From contig OZ024746.1 of assembly GCA_964016885.1 (NCBI GenBank), forward strand, positions 84,940,001-85,004,000: a stretch of 64,000 nucleotides of DNA. Reading direction: 5' to 3'. How positions within the stretch are numbered: the first letter of the stretch is position 1; the number at the start of each line of letters is the position of its first letter. Of this stretch, positions 63,322-64,000 are shown piece by piece. Both the position numbers and the translations under genes were made by a program. The DNA is from Eledone cirrhosa (Eukaryota). The notes under the pieces are model-generated. The model did no database searches. It had not been told where the DNA came from and saw only the letters and a program-made list of their open reading frames with translations.

Positions 63322-64000
63322 CATCAATGAATTTATTTATAGGTTCGTAGAGATTTAGATATAGCTTCATCAATATCACTTTGTGAATCTAGTTTCTATG
63401 TTTACAACTATATTAAAAAGTTTAGAGTTCTTAAACCATATATTTACAATTATCTGTATGGAACTCACATAAAAGAACGCAATTTCTACAGAATTTTTAA
63501 CTCCTGACACTAGAATAAAAAGATGCACACTAACACAATACGCACACACGCACACACACACACATAGATATATATATGTGTGTGTGTATTTGTGTGTATG
63601 TGTATATATATATATATATGTGTATATATGTGTGTGTGTGTCTGTGTGTTTGTGTGTGAATGTGTGTGTATGCGTGCATGTGTCTATATCTGTATGTTTT
63701 TGTGTGTTTGTATGTGTATGGGAATCTGTGTGTCAAGAATAAAAAGACGCACACTAACACAATACACACACACACACACATATATATGTGTGTGTGTGTG
63801 TTTGTATATGTTTGTATGTGAATGTGTGTGTATATATATATATATATGTGTATATGTGTGCGTGGGGGGGGGGTTGTGTATGTGTGAGTGTGTATGTGTC
63901 TGACTGTGTGTGTGTGGGTGAGTGCTTGTAACTGTAGGTGTTTTGGTGGTGGTGGGAGGGTTCTGTACACAACGTTGATTTTATTAATACTTTCTCCTTT

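Overview
Eukaryotic, AT-rich window dominated by (TA)n, (CA)n, (GA)n and trinucleotide microsatellites. The repeat style and SINE family suggest an octopus or other coleoid cephalopod, but this is an inference. Almost all listed ORFs are microsatellite artefacts. The one credible host coding segment is the first coding exon of a Vsx/Chx10/ceh-10-like paired-like homeobox gene (43612-43996, minus strand, octapeptide RSPFAIQELLGL, phase-1 GT donor). I could not find its homeobox exons, so positions 1-43611 are probably one very large intron. The rest is transposon debris: many tRNA-derived SINEs, RTE and Tx1/L1 LINE ends, two mariner remnants and several minisatellites. The main hidden signal is about 20 type I hammerhead ribozyme motifs (CUGANGA - stem II - GAAA - stem III - UH) from at least 7 unrelated sequence families. 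They lie in short elements embedded in (TA)n tracts, usually as fold-back inverted duplications. One element keeps the C-terminus of a GIY-YIG-type endonuclease, which identifies the set as 3' ends (pseudo-LTRs) of Penelope-like retroelements. All folds were paired by eye and none is tested.
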